Of a stretch of 64,000 nucleotides of DNA, positions 15,752-25,310 are shown in pieces. The translations under genes were made by a program, and so were the position numbers. The stretch is from an uncultured Haloferula sp. Its GTDB lineage: Bacteria > Verrucomicrobiota > Verrucomicrobiia > Verrucomicrobiales > Akkermansiaceae. Positions within the stretch are counted from its first letter, which is position 1; each line of letters opens with the position of its first letter. Where the stretch lies: assembly GCA_965652295.1 (NCBI GenBank), contig CBFGTS010000009.1, positions 1-64,000 of the forward strand, in the 5' to 3' direction. The notes under the pieces are model-generated. The model had not been told where the DNA came from and ran no database searches. It saw only the letters and a list, made by a program, of their open reading frames with translations.

Positions 15752-18538
15752 ATGCCCCGCCTGTTCCTCCTCGATGGCATGGCGCTCGTTTATCGGGCCC
15801 ATTTCGCCTTGATCCGCACTCCCATCCGCAACTCGCGCGGCATCAACACCTCCGCCCTCTACGGCTTCACCAACACCCTGCTCACCATCCTCGAAAACGA
15901 AAAGCCGTCCCACATCGGCGTCGCATTCGACACCTCGGCACCCACCCCGCGTCACGCGAAATTCCCCGCCTACAAGGCCCAGCGCGAAGACATGCCCGAG
16001 GAACTTGCCGCAGCCATTCCCAACGTCAAACGCCTCTGCCGCGCCTTCCACATCCCCGTGCTTGAGATCGACGGATACGAGGCGGACGACCTGATCGGCA
16101 CCCTCGCCCGCCGGGCGGAGATCGACGGTTTCGAGACCTACATGGTCACCCCCGACAAGGACTTCGCCCAGCTCCTCGACCAGAGCACCTTCATGTGGCG
16201 CCCTGGCAAACAAGGGGCCGACCGCGAAATCATCGGCCTCGCCCAGCTTCCGGACGTCTGGGGGGTGGGCACCCCGGAGCAGATCATCGACCTCCTCGGA
16301 CTCATGGGCGATGCGGTCGACAACATCCCCGGCATCCCCGGCATCGGGCCGAAAACCGCGCAAAAATTGATCGCCGACTTCGGTTCGCTCGAAGGCGTCC
16401 TGCAGAACTCCGCCAAGCTGAAGGGCAAGCAGAAGGAAAAGGTGGAGGAAAACGCCGACATGGCCCGCCTGTCGAAGGACCTCGCCACCATCATCACCGA
16501 CGCGCCCATCGACACCACCTGGGACGACCTCGTGCTCTCCCCGCGCGATGACAACGCCGTGAAGGAACTTTTCAACGAATTCGAGTTCCGCACCCTCACC
16601 AAGCGCCTCTTCGGCGACGCCGCATCGACGCATCCGGCCCGCCCTTCGGATCCCACCTCGTCCACCCCCGTCTTCCAGGAAACCTTCCAGCGCCTCGCCG
16701 ACGTCGCCCACACCTACCACCTCGCCGACACCGCCGAAAAGCAGGCCCGACTCCTCGCGCTCCTCGGCGAACAGAAGCGCTTCTGTTTCGACATCGAATC
16801 GACCTCACTCGACCGCTTCCAGGCCCGCCTCCTCGGCATCGCCTTCTCCTGGCAAGCCCATGAGGCCTGGTATCTCCCGATCACCGATCTCGAATCCCAG
16901 CTCCCCGACCTCCGCTCGATCTTCAGCGGCCCTGCCGAAAAAATCGGCCACAATCTCAAATACGACCTCTGCGTCCTCCACCGCCACGGCATCAAACCCG
17001 AGGGCCCGTTTTTCGACTCCATGCTGGCCGACGCACTCGTCGCCCCCGAAAGACGCCACACCATGGACTACCTCGCGGAAACCCTGCTCGGATACTCCCC
17101 CGTCAAGCTCGCCGACATCGCCGCACCCGCCGAGGCCCCGCCCGCCGAGGACGACCTCTTTTCCCTGGCCGCCACCAAGACCAAATCCAAGCACCTCGAC
17201 ATTGCCGCCATCCCACTGGAAGTCCTCGCCGAATATGCCGCCGAGGACGCCGACGTCACCTTCCAGCTCGCAGGAAAGCTCCGCCCGCTTCTGACCGAAA
17301 CCGCTCAGGACCGCGTCTTCGACGAGATCGAAACCCCGCTCCTCCCGGTTCTCGTTCGCATGGAGATGGAAGGCATCCGCATGGATCCCGACGCCCTCGT
17401 CGATATCGGTCGCAAGCTCGGCGAACGCATCGAGACCATCGGCCGGCAAATCACCGAGCTCGCCGGGCGTCCCTTCAACCTCAACTCGCCGAAGCAACTC
17501 GGAGAAGTCCTCTTCGACGACCTCAAGCTCGTCGAGAAACCCAAGAAGACGCGCACCGGCCAGTACAAGACCGACGAGCAGACGCTCTCTTCCCTATCCG
17601 GCAGCCATCCGCTGATCGACGCCATTCTGGAATACCGCGAAATCACCAAGCTCAAGTCCACCTACGTCGACGCCCTGCCGCAGCACCTCCAGCCCTCCAC
17701 CGGCCGCGTCCACACCCACTTCCACCAGCTCGTCGCCGCCACCGGCCGCCTCGCCTCCACCGAGCCGAACCTCCAGAACATCCCCGTGCGCACCGCCGCC
17801 GGTCGTGAGATCCGCCGCGCCTTCGTCCCGCGCCAGGGCTTCACGCTGCTGTCCTGCGATTACTCCCAGATCGAGCTCCGCGTCATGGCCGCCCTCGCCG
17901 GCGAAGACCGGATGACCACCGACTTCCGCGCCCAGAAGGACATTCACACCGCCACCGCCGCCCGCGTCTGGGGCGTCACGGAAAAGGACGTCACCTCCGA
18001 CCAGCGCCGCGGAGCCAAGATGGTCAACTTCGGCATCATCTACGGAATCTCCGCCTTCGGACTCTCCCAGCGCCTCGGCATTCCCCGCGGCGAGGCCGCT
18101 GAGATCATCGACAACTACTTCAAGCAGTACCCCGCCATCCGCGGGTTCATGGAACGCACCATCGAGGAAGCGCGGGAAAAAGGTTACGCCGAAACCCTCA
18201 CCGGCCGCCGCCGACAGTTCCCCGACCTCCGCTCCTCCAACGCCACCATCCGTGGCAATGCCGAGCGCGCCGCCATCAATACCCCCATCCAGGGCACCTC
18301 CGCGGACATGATCAAACTGGCCATGATCCGCATCGACGCCCATCTACGAAAAAAGCAGTACCAGAGCCGCATGCTTCTCCAGATCCACGACGAACTCATC
18401 TTCGACCTCGCTCCCGACGAGGAGTCCACGCTCGTCCCCGAGATCATCGGCCTCATGGAAACCGCCCTGCCGCTCCCCGGCGGCGTCCCCATCCTCGTCG
18501 AGCACGGCACCGGCCCCCACTGGCTCGCCGCGCATTGA
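15752..18538 (+). CDS. polA: DNA polymerase I with intact 3'-5' exonuclease motifs
   Basis: LLDG...YRA, YEADD, DKD, ExoI FDIES, ExoII HNLKYD, ExoIII YAAED, DYSQIELR, KMVNFGIIYG, QIHDE. Confidence 0.98.
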   Translation: MPRLFLLDGMALVYRAHFALIRTPIRNSRGINTSALYGFTNTLLTILENEKPSHIGVAFDTSAPTPRHAKFPAYKAQREDMPEELAAAIPNVKRLCRAFHIPVLEIDGYEADDLIGTLARRAEIDGFETYMVTPDKDFAQLLDQSTFMWRPGKQGADREIIGLAQLPDVWGVGTPEQIIDLLGLMGDAVDNIPGIPGIGPKTAQKLIADFGSLEGVLQNSAKLKGKQKEKVEENADMARLSKDLATIITDAPIDTTWDDLVLSPRDDNAVKELFNEFEFRTLTKRLFGDAASTHPARPSDPTSSTPVFQETFQRLADVAHTYHLADTAEKQARLLALLGEQKRFCFDIESTSLDRFQARLLGIAFSWQAHEAWYLPITDLESQLPDLRSIFSGPAEKIGHNLKYDLCVLHRHGIKPEGPFFDSMLADALVAPERRHTMDYLAETLLGYSPVKLADIAAPAEAPPAEDDLFSLAATKTKSKHLDIAAIPLEVLAEYAAEDADVTFQLAGKLRPLLTETAQDRVFDEIETPLLPVLVRMEMEGIRMDPDALVDIGRKLGERIETIGRQITELAGRPFNLNSPKQLGEVLFDDLKLVEKPKKTRTGQYKTDEQTLSSLSGSHPLIDAILEYREITKLKSTYVDALPQHLQPSTGRVHTHFHQLVAATGRLASTEPNLQNIPVRTAAGREIRRAFVPRQGFTLLSCDYSQIELRVMAALAGEDRMTTDFRAQKDIHTATAARVWGVTEKDVTSDQRRGAKMVNFGIIYGISAFGLSQRLGIPRGEAAEIIDNYFKQYPAIRGFMERTIEEAREKGYAETLTGRRRQFPDLRSSNATIRGNAERAAINTPIQGTSADMIKLAMIRIDAHLRKKQYQSRMLLQIHDELIFDLAPDEESTLVPEIIGLMETALPLPGGVPILVEHGTGPHWLAAH

Positions 18539-18721
18539 TCCGGAGATCGCAGATGGTGGATCCACCCTCCGGGCCCGCGTTCGGCTGCACGTAGTTCCCC
18601 CTTGAGGGGGAGGCGGCGATCGTCTGTCGCGCTTTTCTTACCGATCGGGTCAGGTCGCACCGGCACTGCTTGCGAGCCGAGCCCGCCCGCCTGGAAATCC
18701 GATCCCTCCGGATTCCTCCAC

Positions 18722-20881
18722 TCAGCCGGGCTCGCCGGCTGGAAAAATCTCCTCCACCGGAGTCTCGTGCTTTTCGTCGATCCAGCGGTCGAGCGCCCTC
18801 TGCATCGGATCGAGCACTTCCGGACGGGTCCCGGCGAGGTCGTCGAGACAGTTCGGATCGCTCGCGGTGTGGAAGAGCTGATAGTGCCTTCCGCCCTCCC
18901 GCGTCGGGGTCATCACAAGCTTCCAGTTGCCGCTGCGCAGGCAGCGCTGTTTGGCATCGATCACCGGTTGGCGGTATTCCGCCTTCATCACGAACTGGTG
19001 GTTGAAGGAAGGATCGATGCCCGTCAACTCGTCCATCGGAGGCAGGTGCGGTCGCTCGATTCCCGGGACGTGGAACTGGATGAAAGGAAACTGCGTTTCG
19101 CCGAAGTACGGCAGATGCCGTGGTTCTTCGGTCCCCTCGATCCATGGCACGAGATTGTGTCCTTCCCATCGATCCGGAGTCTCCGCACCCGCCAGCTCCG
19201 CCAATGTCGGGGCGAGGTCGAGCGTCCGGACCTGCTCGTCGAAACGACGTCCCTCTCCCCCGGGCAGGCTGATGGCCAGCGGGATATGGAAGCCGTGGTC
19301 GGCCCCTGAAAAGCTGAGGCCGTGGCCGAGCGTGACGTTCGGCTCGTAGAGGTCGTCCCCGTGGTCGGCGGACAGGACGATGATGGTGTTTTCAGCCAAG
19401 CCGTGCCGTTCGAGCGCAGCGAGGATACGGCGGAAGCACTCGTCGAACTGCCGCGTGCAGCCATCGTAGAGTGCGCGGATCTGGACCGCCTCTTTCTCCG
19501 GCAGCGCCTTCCACTTCTCCTCAAGGTCGGTGCCGCCGATGAATTCATCGATGTCGAAATCCACACCGGTCTCGTTCGGACCCTCGTACTCCGGATCCGC
19601 AAACATCCGGCAGTAGGGCTCCGCGGAGCGGTAAGGCAAGTGGTTGCAGGAATAGAAGACGTTCAGCAGGAACGGCTTGTCCTCCTTGGCGCGGTCCGCC
19701 AGGAGGCGCTCGACGCGGGCGGTGACCACCTCCGGCGTGACGAACTGGGCGAAGGATTCGATCTGCGGGAAAAGCCGGTAACCCAGGGAGTTGTCAAAGT
19801 AGAGCGGCACGACGAAGTGGGCCATCATGACGGCCTGGCTCATGTAGATCCGGAAATTGTCGAAGCTGGAAACATTGATCTCGTCGAAGCCCAGCGGCGC
19901 GACCTCGAAGAACCCGGCACACCAATCGCCGATCGCGAGGGTGTCGTAGCCTTTCTCCTCCAACACCTCCGCCAGCGGAACCGTCCGATCTTCCATCGCC
20001 TCCACCTCTTCCTGCGGCGGGAACATCTGGCGGATGCCGTGGGTATGCGGATAGGTCGAGGTCATCATGCTGATGTTCGACTCCAGGGTCGAACCCAGCG
20101 GCGTCCGGCACTGCTCGAAGATCACCGCGTTTTCAGCCCACTGATCGATGTTCGGAGATACCCCGGCCTCGGCCGCGCCAACCTGCCGCGAGGGCCGATA
20201 ACCCATGTAGCCGAGCTTGTCGCCACGCAGGGAGTCGGACCCGATGATGACGATGTTCGGCGGTCGCCCGGCCCCATCGGGCGGACGTATGGAGCCACCG
20301 GGTTTCCACGCAGCCACCGATGCCGCCGTGAGGGCCAGCAAGGCCGCGGTCCCGACAACCAGCTTGGCTTGCAGGCCCCGGCGCCACCACCATACCGCCG
20401 CCAGAGCGACTCCGATCCACGGCAGGGCGACGAAAACGAAACCATCGATCCACGGTCGCGCCGCGGCTGGCGGCAGATCGAGAATATATTCGTACCACCC
20501 GCCGAAGGCCGCATCCCCGATGAAATACGGCCGCGACCAGACCAAGCGGAACATGAAGTAGCCGTGCATCAGCCAGGCACCGAGCAAGGCCGCGAGAGCC
20601 ACCTTTGCCAGGGGCCGGCGACCGCGGGCGAATCGCCGGGCCAGTGGAAAAAGCAACAGCCACGCCGCCAGGCCGAGCAGGAAATAGGCGGCGAGCACCC
20701 ATAGATTCTGCACGATGAGAAAGCCGAGGTATTGGGAAACGGCGAGTTCGCTGAACTTGCTGTCCATGCCGCCCGAGCTGGCGCTGAGCCGGTACAGCGA
20801 AATCCCGTACTCCGTGACCAGAAACGCCGCGATTCCCAAGGCGGTCGCCGCACCCACCGCCACTTCCGGTTTCCTCCTCAT
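18722..20881 (-). CDS. membrane-anchored sulfatase-like (alkaline phosphatase superfamily) hydrolase/transferase
   Basis: Several N-terminal TM helices, PNIVIIGSDSLRGD, HLPY, ADHG, DLAPT; the CxPxR position reads TLESN. Confidence 0.85.
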   Translation of the reverse strand: MRRKPEVAVGAATALGIAAFLVTEYGISLYRLSASSGGMDSKFSELAVSQYLGFLIVQNLWVLAAYFLLGLAAWLLLFPLARRFARGRRPLAKVALAALLGAWLMHGYFMFRLVWSRPYFIGDAAFGGWYEYILDLPPAAARPWIDGFVFVALPWIGVALAAVWWWRRGLQAKLVVGTAALLALTAASVAAWKPGGSIRPPDGAGRPPNIVIIGSDSLRGDKLGYMGYRPSRQVGAAEAGVSPNIDQWAENAVIFEQCRTPLGSTLESNISMMTSTYPHTHGIRQMFPPQEEVEAMEDRTVPLAEVLEEKGYDTLAIGDWCAGFFEVAPLGFDEINVSSFDNFRIYMSQAVMMAHFVVPLYFDNSLGYRLFPQIESFAQFVTPEVVTARVERLLADRAKEDKPFLLNVFYSCNHLPYRSAEPYCRMFADPEYEGPNETGVDFDIDEFIGGTDLEEKWKALPEKEAVQIRALYDGCTRQFDECFRRILAALERHGLAENTIIVLSADHGDDLYEPNVTLGHGLSFSGADHGFHIPLAISLPGGEGRRFDEQVRTLDLAPTLAELAGAETPDRWEGHNLVPWIEGTEEPRHLPYFGETQFPFIQFHVPGIERPHLPPMDELTGIDPSFNHQFVMKAEYRQPVIDAKQRCLRSGNWKLVMTPTREGGRHYQLFHTASDPNCLDDLAGTRPEVLDPMQRALDRWIDEKHETPVEEIFPAGEPG

Positions 20882-21975
20882 GAGTCGCCGAAAATCAGCC
20901 AGCTGTCGCTTACGAGTTCGTCGATCTTCACGCCGCGCAGCGACTGCACGTTTTCCGGAACGCTGAGCGTGAGAATGAGGGCGACCTTCCCGCCGCGGTT
21001 GAGATAGAGCATTTGTCGGATCTGCATGTCGATCTCGCCGCCCCTCTCGACATAGCCGATGAGAAACTCCTGTGACTCGCGCGCGGTGAGCTGGTAACCC
21101 TGCCACCGTTCCTCATCCCGGAACTCAAAGGCGTAGAGATTCCCCGCGTCCGGCTCGAGATACACGCGGAACTGCATGGGCTTCCCCTCCGGCCGCTGGT
21201 CGACGAAGTCGTCCCAGTCCATCGGCTGGTAGCAGACGAAAGTTTCCCAATCGACCCGCACCTCGTGCTCCGGGGTCACCTCCACCAGCAGGGCGCGCTT
21301 CTTCTCCTGGTCGTCGATGTACTCGGCCCGCCAGATTTCGAGGTCATCCCTTTTGAGCATCGGTGACACGCCCCCGAAGAAGGTGAGGGGAGGCCGGGAA
21401 AGCGAGTGCCGTTTTTGCCAATCGCGAATCAGCGGTTCGACCCGGTCCGGCTGACGGACGACTGGCAGCAGCTCCTCCACCGTTTCCGCGGCGGCAAAGG
21501 ACTCCACCGTGCGGCGGATGTTGCCCACCAGATCGGTCGCCTCGGCTTCCATCACCGCGTTGGATTCCAGGCTCTCAAGAGCGGCGGTCCGGGCGATTTC
21601 CGTCACCTGCTCCTCCTCCGGCCGTGTGAGGGAAAACACCGAGATGACGATCACCGCAGCCATCAGTAGGAAAATCACCACGAACCATCCGTGCGGCACC
21701 GGTTTCGCCTCTTCCTGCTCCTTCCAGTCATGCTCCGGATCCAAATCGACGCGGTTCTCTTCAAGAAGGGCGTCGAGGGTGGGCTGGTTTTCCCGCCGAG
21801 GTGCATTCGCGGGCTGCGCTTCCAGCCGCGCCGGGACGTCGTCCCGCGGTGCCACCGGCACACGTGCCACGGGAATCGCATCCGTGCCATCGAGACGGAC
21901 GATGTCTTCGGACGCGCCGGCATCCTCGTCGACCACCTTCAGTTCGATCTCCTTGTTCGTTTTCCGGTCTGGCAT
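20878..21975 (-). CDS. hypothetical single-pass membrane protein
   Basis: TM WFVVIFLLMAAVIVISVFSL; stop overlaps the next ATG (ATGA). Confidence 0.8.
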   Translation of the reverse strand: MPDRKTNKEIELKVVDEDAGASEDIVRLDGTDAIPVARVPVAPRDDVPARLEAQPANAPRRENQPTLDALLEENRVDLDPEHDWKEQEEAKPVPHGWFVVIFLLMAAVIVISVFSLTRPEEEQVTEIARTAALESLESNAVMEAEATDLVGNIRRTVESFAAAETVEELLPVVRQPDRVEPLIRDWQKRHSLSRPPLTFFGGVSPMLKRDDLEIWRAEYIDDQEKKRALLVEVTPEHEVRVDWETFVCYQPMDWDDFVDQRPEGKPMQFRVYLEPDAGNLYAFEFRDEERWQGYQLTARESQEFLIGYVERGGEIDMQIRQMLYLNRGGKVALILTLSVPENVQSLRGVKIDELVSDSWLIFGDS

Positions 21976-22046
21976 CCGGCGCAAACAAACCCACATTTGC
22001 GATTCGACGCAATACCCCGGTACCCGGTAAATCCGCCACGAACCGC

Positions 22047-23156
22047 ATGTCCGCCCGAATTCTGATCCTCACCGCCGCCTTCGGCGAAGGCCATAACAGC
22101 GCGGCCAAGAACCTCGCCCTCGCTTTGGGCGAGCTCGGTGCTGAAGCCCGGGTCGAGGATCCCTGCCTGCTCGGTGCCCCCGTCACCACCCGCGCGCTCT
22201 CGAAAGGCTACCGCCTGGTGACCACCTATTCCCCGAAGTTCTGGGAGCTGCTCTACAAACACACCGGCGACGTCGATTTCTCCAAGCAACGCATGCCCCT
22301 GATGCGGCGGCCGGAATACGAGGTCGAACGCCTGATCGACGAATTCGCCCCGGACGCCATCGTCAGCACCTACCCGCTCTACCCCTATTTTCTCGAGCGG
22401 ATCTTCAGGAAAACCCGGAAGCCCATTCCGTCATTCACGGTCGTCACCGACTCGATCGAGATCAATCCGGCCTGGGTCCAAGGTCCTACCGACGCCTGGC
22501 TGGTGACCGACCCGGAGACCCGCGACGCAATGATCGCCGCCGGCCTCGACCCCGCCAAGGTGATCGAGACCGGCTTCCCGGTGAACCCGTCGTTCTCCCG
22601 CCTCACGCCGCTGCCGGGGGACGATCCCGGAGAGTTTTTCGACGTCATCTATTTCACCACCTCCAAGGTCCCCCACGTCCGGCGCATCGCGAAGGCCATC
22701 CTACACGCCGCGCCCCACACCCGCGTGACCCTTATCCTCGGGAAAAACGTCCGTCTCCTCTACCGCAAGGCCCGGGAGATCAAGGATGCCTACCCCGGCC
22801 GCGTGACCATCAAAGGCTGGACCCGCCGGGTGCCCCAGTTGCTCACCTCCCACCACCTCGTCATCGGCAAGGCCGGTGGCGCGACCGTCCACGAAGCCAT
22901 CGCCGCGTGCTGCCCGATGCTGGTCCACCACCTCGTTCCCGGCCAAGAGGAAGGAAATCTGGAATTGCTCCGGCTCATCGGCGGCGGAGCCTACGCTCCG
23001 GGTCCCGAGGCGATCGGTCGCCACCTCCACGACCTGCTGGCCGACCGAGCCAGCGGCTGGCGGGCCATGAAGCACGCCCTCAGCCTCCACGGGCGGAATG
23101 CCGGCGCACTCTCCGCCGCCCGTTACATCCTCGACCGCGTCTCAGCCGATCACTGA
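22047..23156 (+). CDS. diacylglycerol glycosyltransferase-like protein (MGDG synthase/UgtP, GT28)
   Basis: GEGHNSAA, VVTD, TGFPV, KAGGAT, PGQEEGN. Confidence 0.88.
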   Translation: MSARILILTAAFGEGHNSAAKNLALALGELGAEARVEDPCLLGAPVTTRALSKGYRLVTTYSPKFWELLYKHTGDVDFSKQRMPLMRRPEYEVERLIDEFAPDAIVSTYPLYPYFLERIFRKTRKPIPSFTVVTDSIEINPAWVQGPTDAWLVTDPETRDAMIAAGLDPAKVIETGFPVNPSFSRLTPLPGDDPGEFFDVIYFTTSKVPHVRRIAKAILHAAPHTRVTLILGKNVRLLYRKAREIKDAYPGRVTIKGWTRRVPQLLTSHHLVIGKAGGATVHEAIAACCPMLVHHLVPGQEEGNLELLRLIGGGAYAPGPEAIGRHLHDLLADRASGWRAMKHALSLHGRNAGALSAARYILDRVSADH

Positions 23157-24442
23157 CCCACCAAATCGCCGATCGAGCCGAAGTCCGGCGTAAACAGCCG
23201 CTTGTAGGTCCGCACGGCCTCGCCGTCGGTCATCGCCGCCAGATAATCGCAGACCAGCCGCGCCCGCCCCCCAGAGTCCTCCTGGGTTTCCAACTCGGAG
23301 GCGATGTCCTCCGGCAACAGTTGGAAATCCTGACCATCGATCGTTTCCCGCCGCACGTAGCGGGTTTCCAGGACTTCCCATAGCCCGCGCAAAAGCCGGC
23401 TGCCCTTGTGCTCGAGCTGCTTGAGCTGCGGCGAGAGAAACACCACCTCGAACGCCAGTTTCTTGAAAACGCCACATTCCGTCCGCACGTCCTCATCCAC
23501 CTCCAGCGCATAGCGATAGCGGTGGCTGGCCTGGCTCATGAACCCGGCCTCGTCCCGCAGGCTCGCTGCCTTGACGTAGCGGCCGATCCGCCTGCCGACG
23601 AAAGGATCCACCTTCTGGCGGTGCATCGCCTCGATCAGATCGCCCAGCGGAGAACCCGCTCCGCACTCGATCCCCCGCGTCTCGGCCCAACGCTCGATCC
23701 TTTCCCGCGTCAGGAATCCGGCGCGGACGCTGTCAGCAAGGTCATTGAGCGAGTAGGCCGTGTCATCCGCCCAGTCCATGATCTGACACTCGATCGATTT
23801 TCCTCCATCCCGCGCCGGGCCGGGCGGAAACTCCGCCGGGAAATCATGGTCCCCCATCACCCAGTCCAGCCAGCGGTTCTGCGGGTCGTAGAGGAAGTGG
23901 TTCTCCGGTGCTCCCTGCTCCAGCCGCCGCAGCTCGCTCCACAGCGATTTGTATTTCAGCACCGAATCGGCAAAGGCCCGCGTCGGGTCCATCCCCGCAC
24001 GTTTCGTGGAAAAGATGCGCTCGGTCAGCAACCGCAGCGTCTGGGCATTGCCCTCGAAGCCGCCCCACTCCGCCATCAGATGATTCAGCGTCCGCTCGCC
24101 CGCATGCCCGAAGGGCGGGTGACCAAGGTCGTGCGAGAGACAGGCGGCCTCCACCAGGTCCGGATCGATGAAATAATCCTCATCCAACCGCTCGCTGGCG
24201 TGGCGCAGCCAGTGACAGATCGACCGGCCGATCTGCGCTACCTCCAGCGAATGCGTCAGCCGGGTACGGTAAAAGTCGTACTCCCCGCTCCAGAAAACCT
24301 GCGTTTTGTTCTGCAAGCGGCGGAAAGCCGGCGTGTGCAGCACGCGGTCGCGGTCCACCTGGAACGGAGTCCGGTAATCGCCTCCGTCGCTCCGGCCCGA
24401 ATGCCGCTCCAGATCGAAGGCCGTGTAAAAACGATTCCGCAT
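23150..24442 (-). CDS. dgt: deoxyguanosinetriphosphate triphosphohydrolase
   Basis: DRDRV, FRRLQNKTQVF, RTRLTHSLEV, HDLGHPPFGHAGE, FEGNAQ, ADDTAY. Confidence 0.95.
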   Translation of the reverse strand: MRNRFYTAFDLERHSGRSDGGDYRTPFQVDRDRVLHTPAFRRLQNKTQVFWSGEYDFYRTRLTHSLEVAQIGRSICHWLRHASERLDEDYFIDPDLVEAACLSHDLGHPPFGHAGERTLNHLMAEWGGFEGNAQTLRLLTERIFSTKRAGMDPTRAFADSVLKYKSLWSELRRLEQGAPENHFLYDPQNRWLDWVMGDHDFPAEFPPGPARDGGKSIECQIMDWADDTAYSLNDLADSVRAGFLTRERIERWAETRGIECGAGSPLGDLIEAMHRQKVDPFVGRRIGRYVKAASLRDEAGFMSQASHRYRYALEVDEDVRTECGVFKKLAFEVVFLSPQLKQLEHKGSRLLRGLWEVLETRYVRRETIDGQDFQLLPEDIASELETQEDSGGRARLVCDYLAAMTDGEAVRTYKRLFTPDFGSIGDLVGQ

Positions 24443-24492
24443 GCCGGGTCCTTAGCGCCACGGCATGCGGCTCGTCAGTGAAAAACCCGCGG

Positions 24493-25209
24493 TCACTCCG
24501 TGGCGGCTTCCTCGGCAGGCGCGTCCTTATCGTCCATACCGGTCACCGCTTTCGCCACAACGCCCATTTTTTCAAGGCTCATGCGGCGGTCATCGAAGCC
24601 TTCGACATCGTCACCCATCAGCTGGCGCATCTCCTCCCGCATCTCCGGATCCTCGCCCGGCACCACCGTCGTCGGATCGACTCCCATGGCCCGTGTCGCG
24701 TCGTCGATCTGGTTTCCACGCAGCGCCACCTTGTCGAGCGCCTCGTCGTAGGAACCCTTGGTGTTTGCCATCGATTTCACGTCGTCCACTCCCTTGCCGA
24801 GGTTGGCGACGAACCAATCGAACTTCGCACGCAGCGTCGGGTTGACCATCACCGCCACCGAGGGTGCCACGATCACCGTCAGCAAGGCGATATTGGCCGC
24901 CATCTTCGCCCGGCCACGACGCGTCTTCAGCTTCTGGTCGCGCTCCTCAAGCATCGCCGAAAGCTCGGCGTCCTGCTCGATGTGAGCTGCCGGCGCAGCC
25001 TCGGGCAGAGGTTCCGGAGCAGGCTCCACCGCGGGCTCCGCCGCAGGCACCGCCGCCACCGGTGCGGAAGCAACCGCAGGCGTCGGAACGAAGCTGGATG
25101 GGGTGTCCAGGGTTTTCTCGGTGACCGAGATGTCGGGGCTACGGATCGCGGCATCGAAAAGAGCCTTCATGCGTTCCGACGGATCAGAGAAGGAATCAGG
25201 GGCGGGCAT
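24493..25209 (-). CDS. hypothetical membrane-anchored protein
   Basis: Pro/Ala-rich N-terminus, one TM segment, AAAGGA before the ATG. Confidence 0.75.
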   Translation of the reverse strand: MPAPDSFSDPSERMKALFDAAIRSPDISVTEKTLDTPSSFVPTPAVASAPVAAVPAAEPAVEPAPEPLPEAAPAAHIEQDAELSAMLEERDQKLKTRRGRAKMAANIALLTVIVAPSVAVMVNPTLRAKFDWFVANLGKGVDDVKSMANTKGSYDEALDKVALRGNQIDDATRAMGVDPTTVVPGEDPEMREEMRQLMGDDVEGFDDRRMSLEKMGVVAKAVTGMDDKDAPAEEAATE

Positions 25210-25310
25210 GTCCTTTCATCTAGCTAAAATATCTCGGGATGGAAAGTTAGTTTCTCTACCAATTTACGTAGGTAGAGCTTCGCGCCCGTTCACCCGTCCG
25301 ATGCCCCCCG

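Noticed and set aside
18596..18611. TCCCCCT-TG-AGGGGGA palindrome between polA and the sulfatase-like gene
   Set aside because: Single short palindrome with no U tract and no second copy in the window.
23150..24442. Anti-phage dGTPase
   Set aside because: Lies among housekeeping genes with normal composition; no defence-island context.
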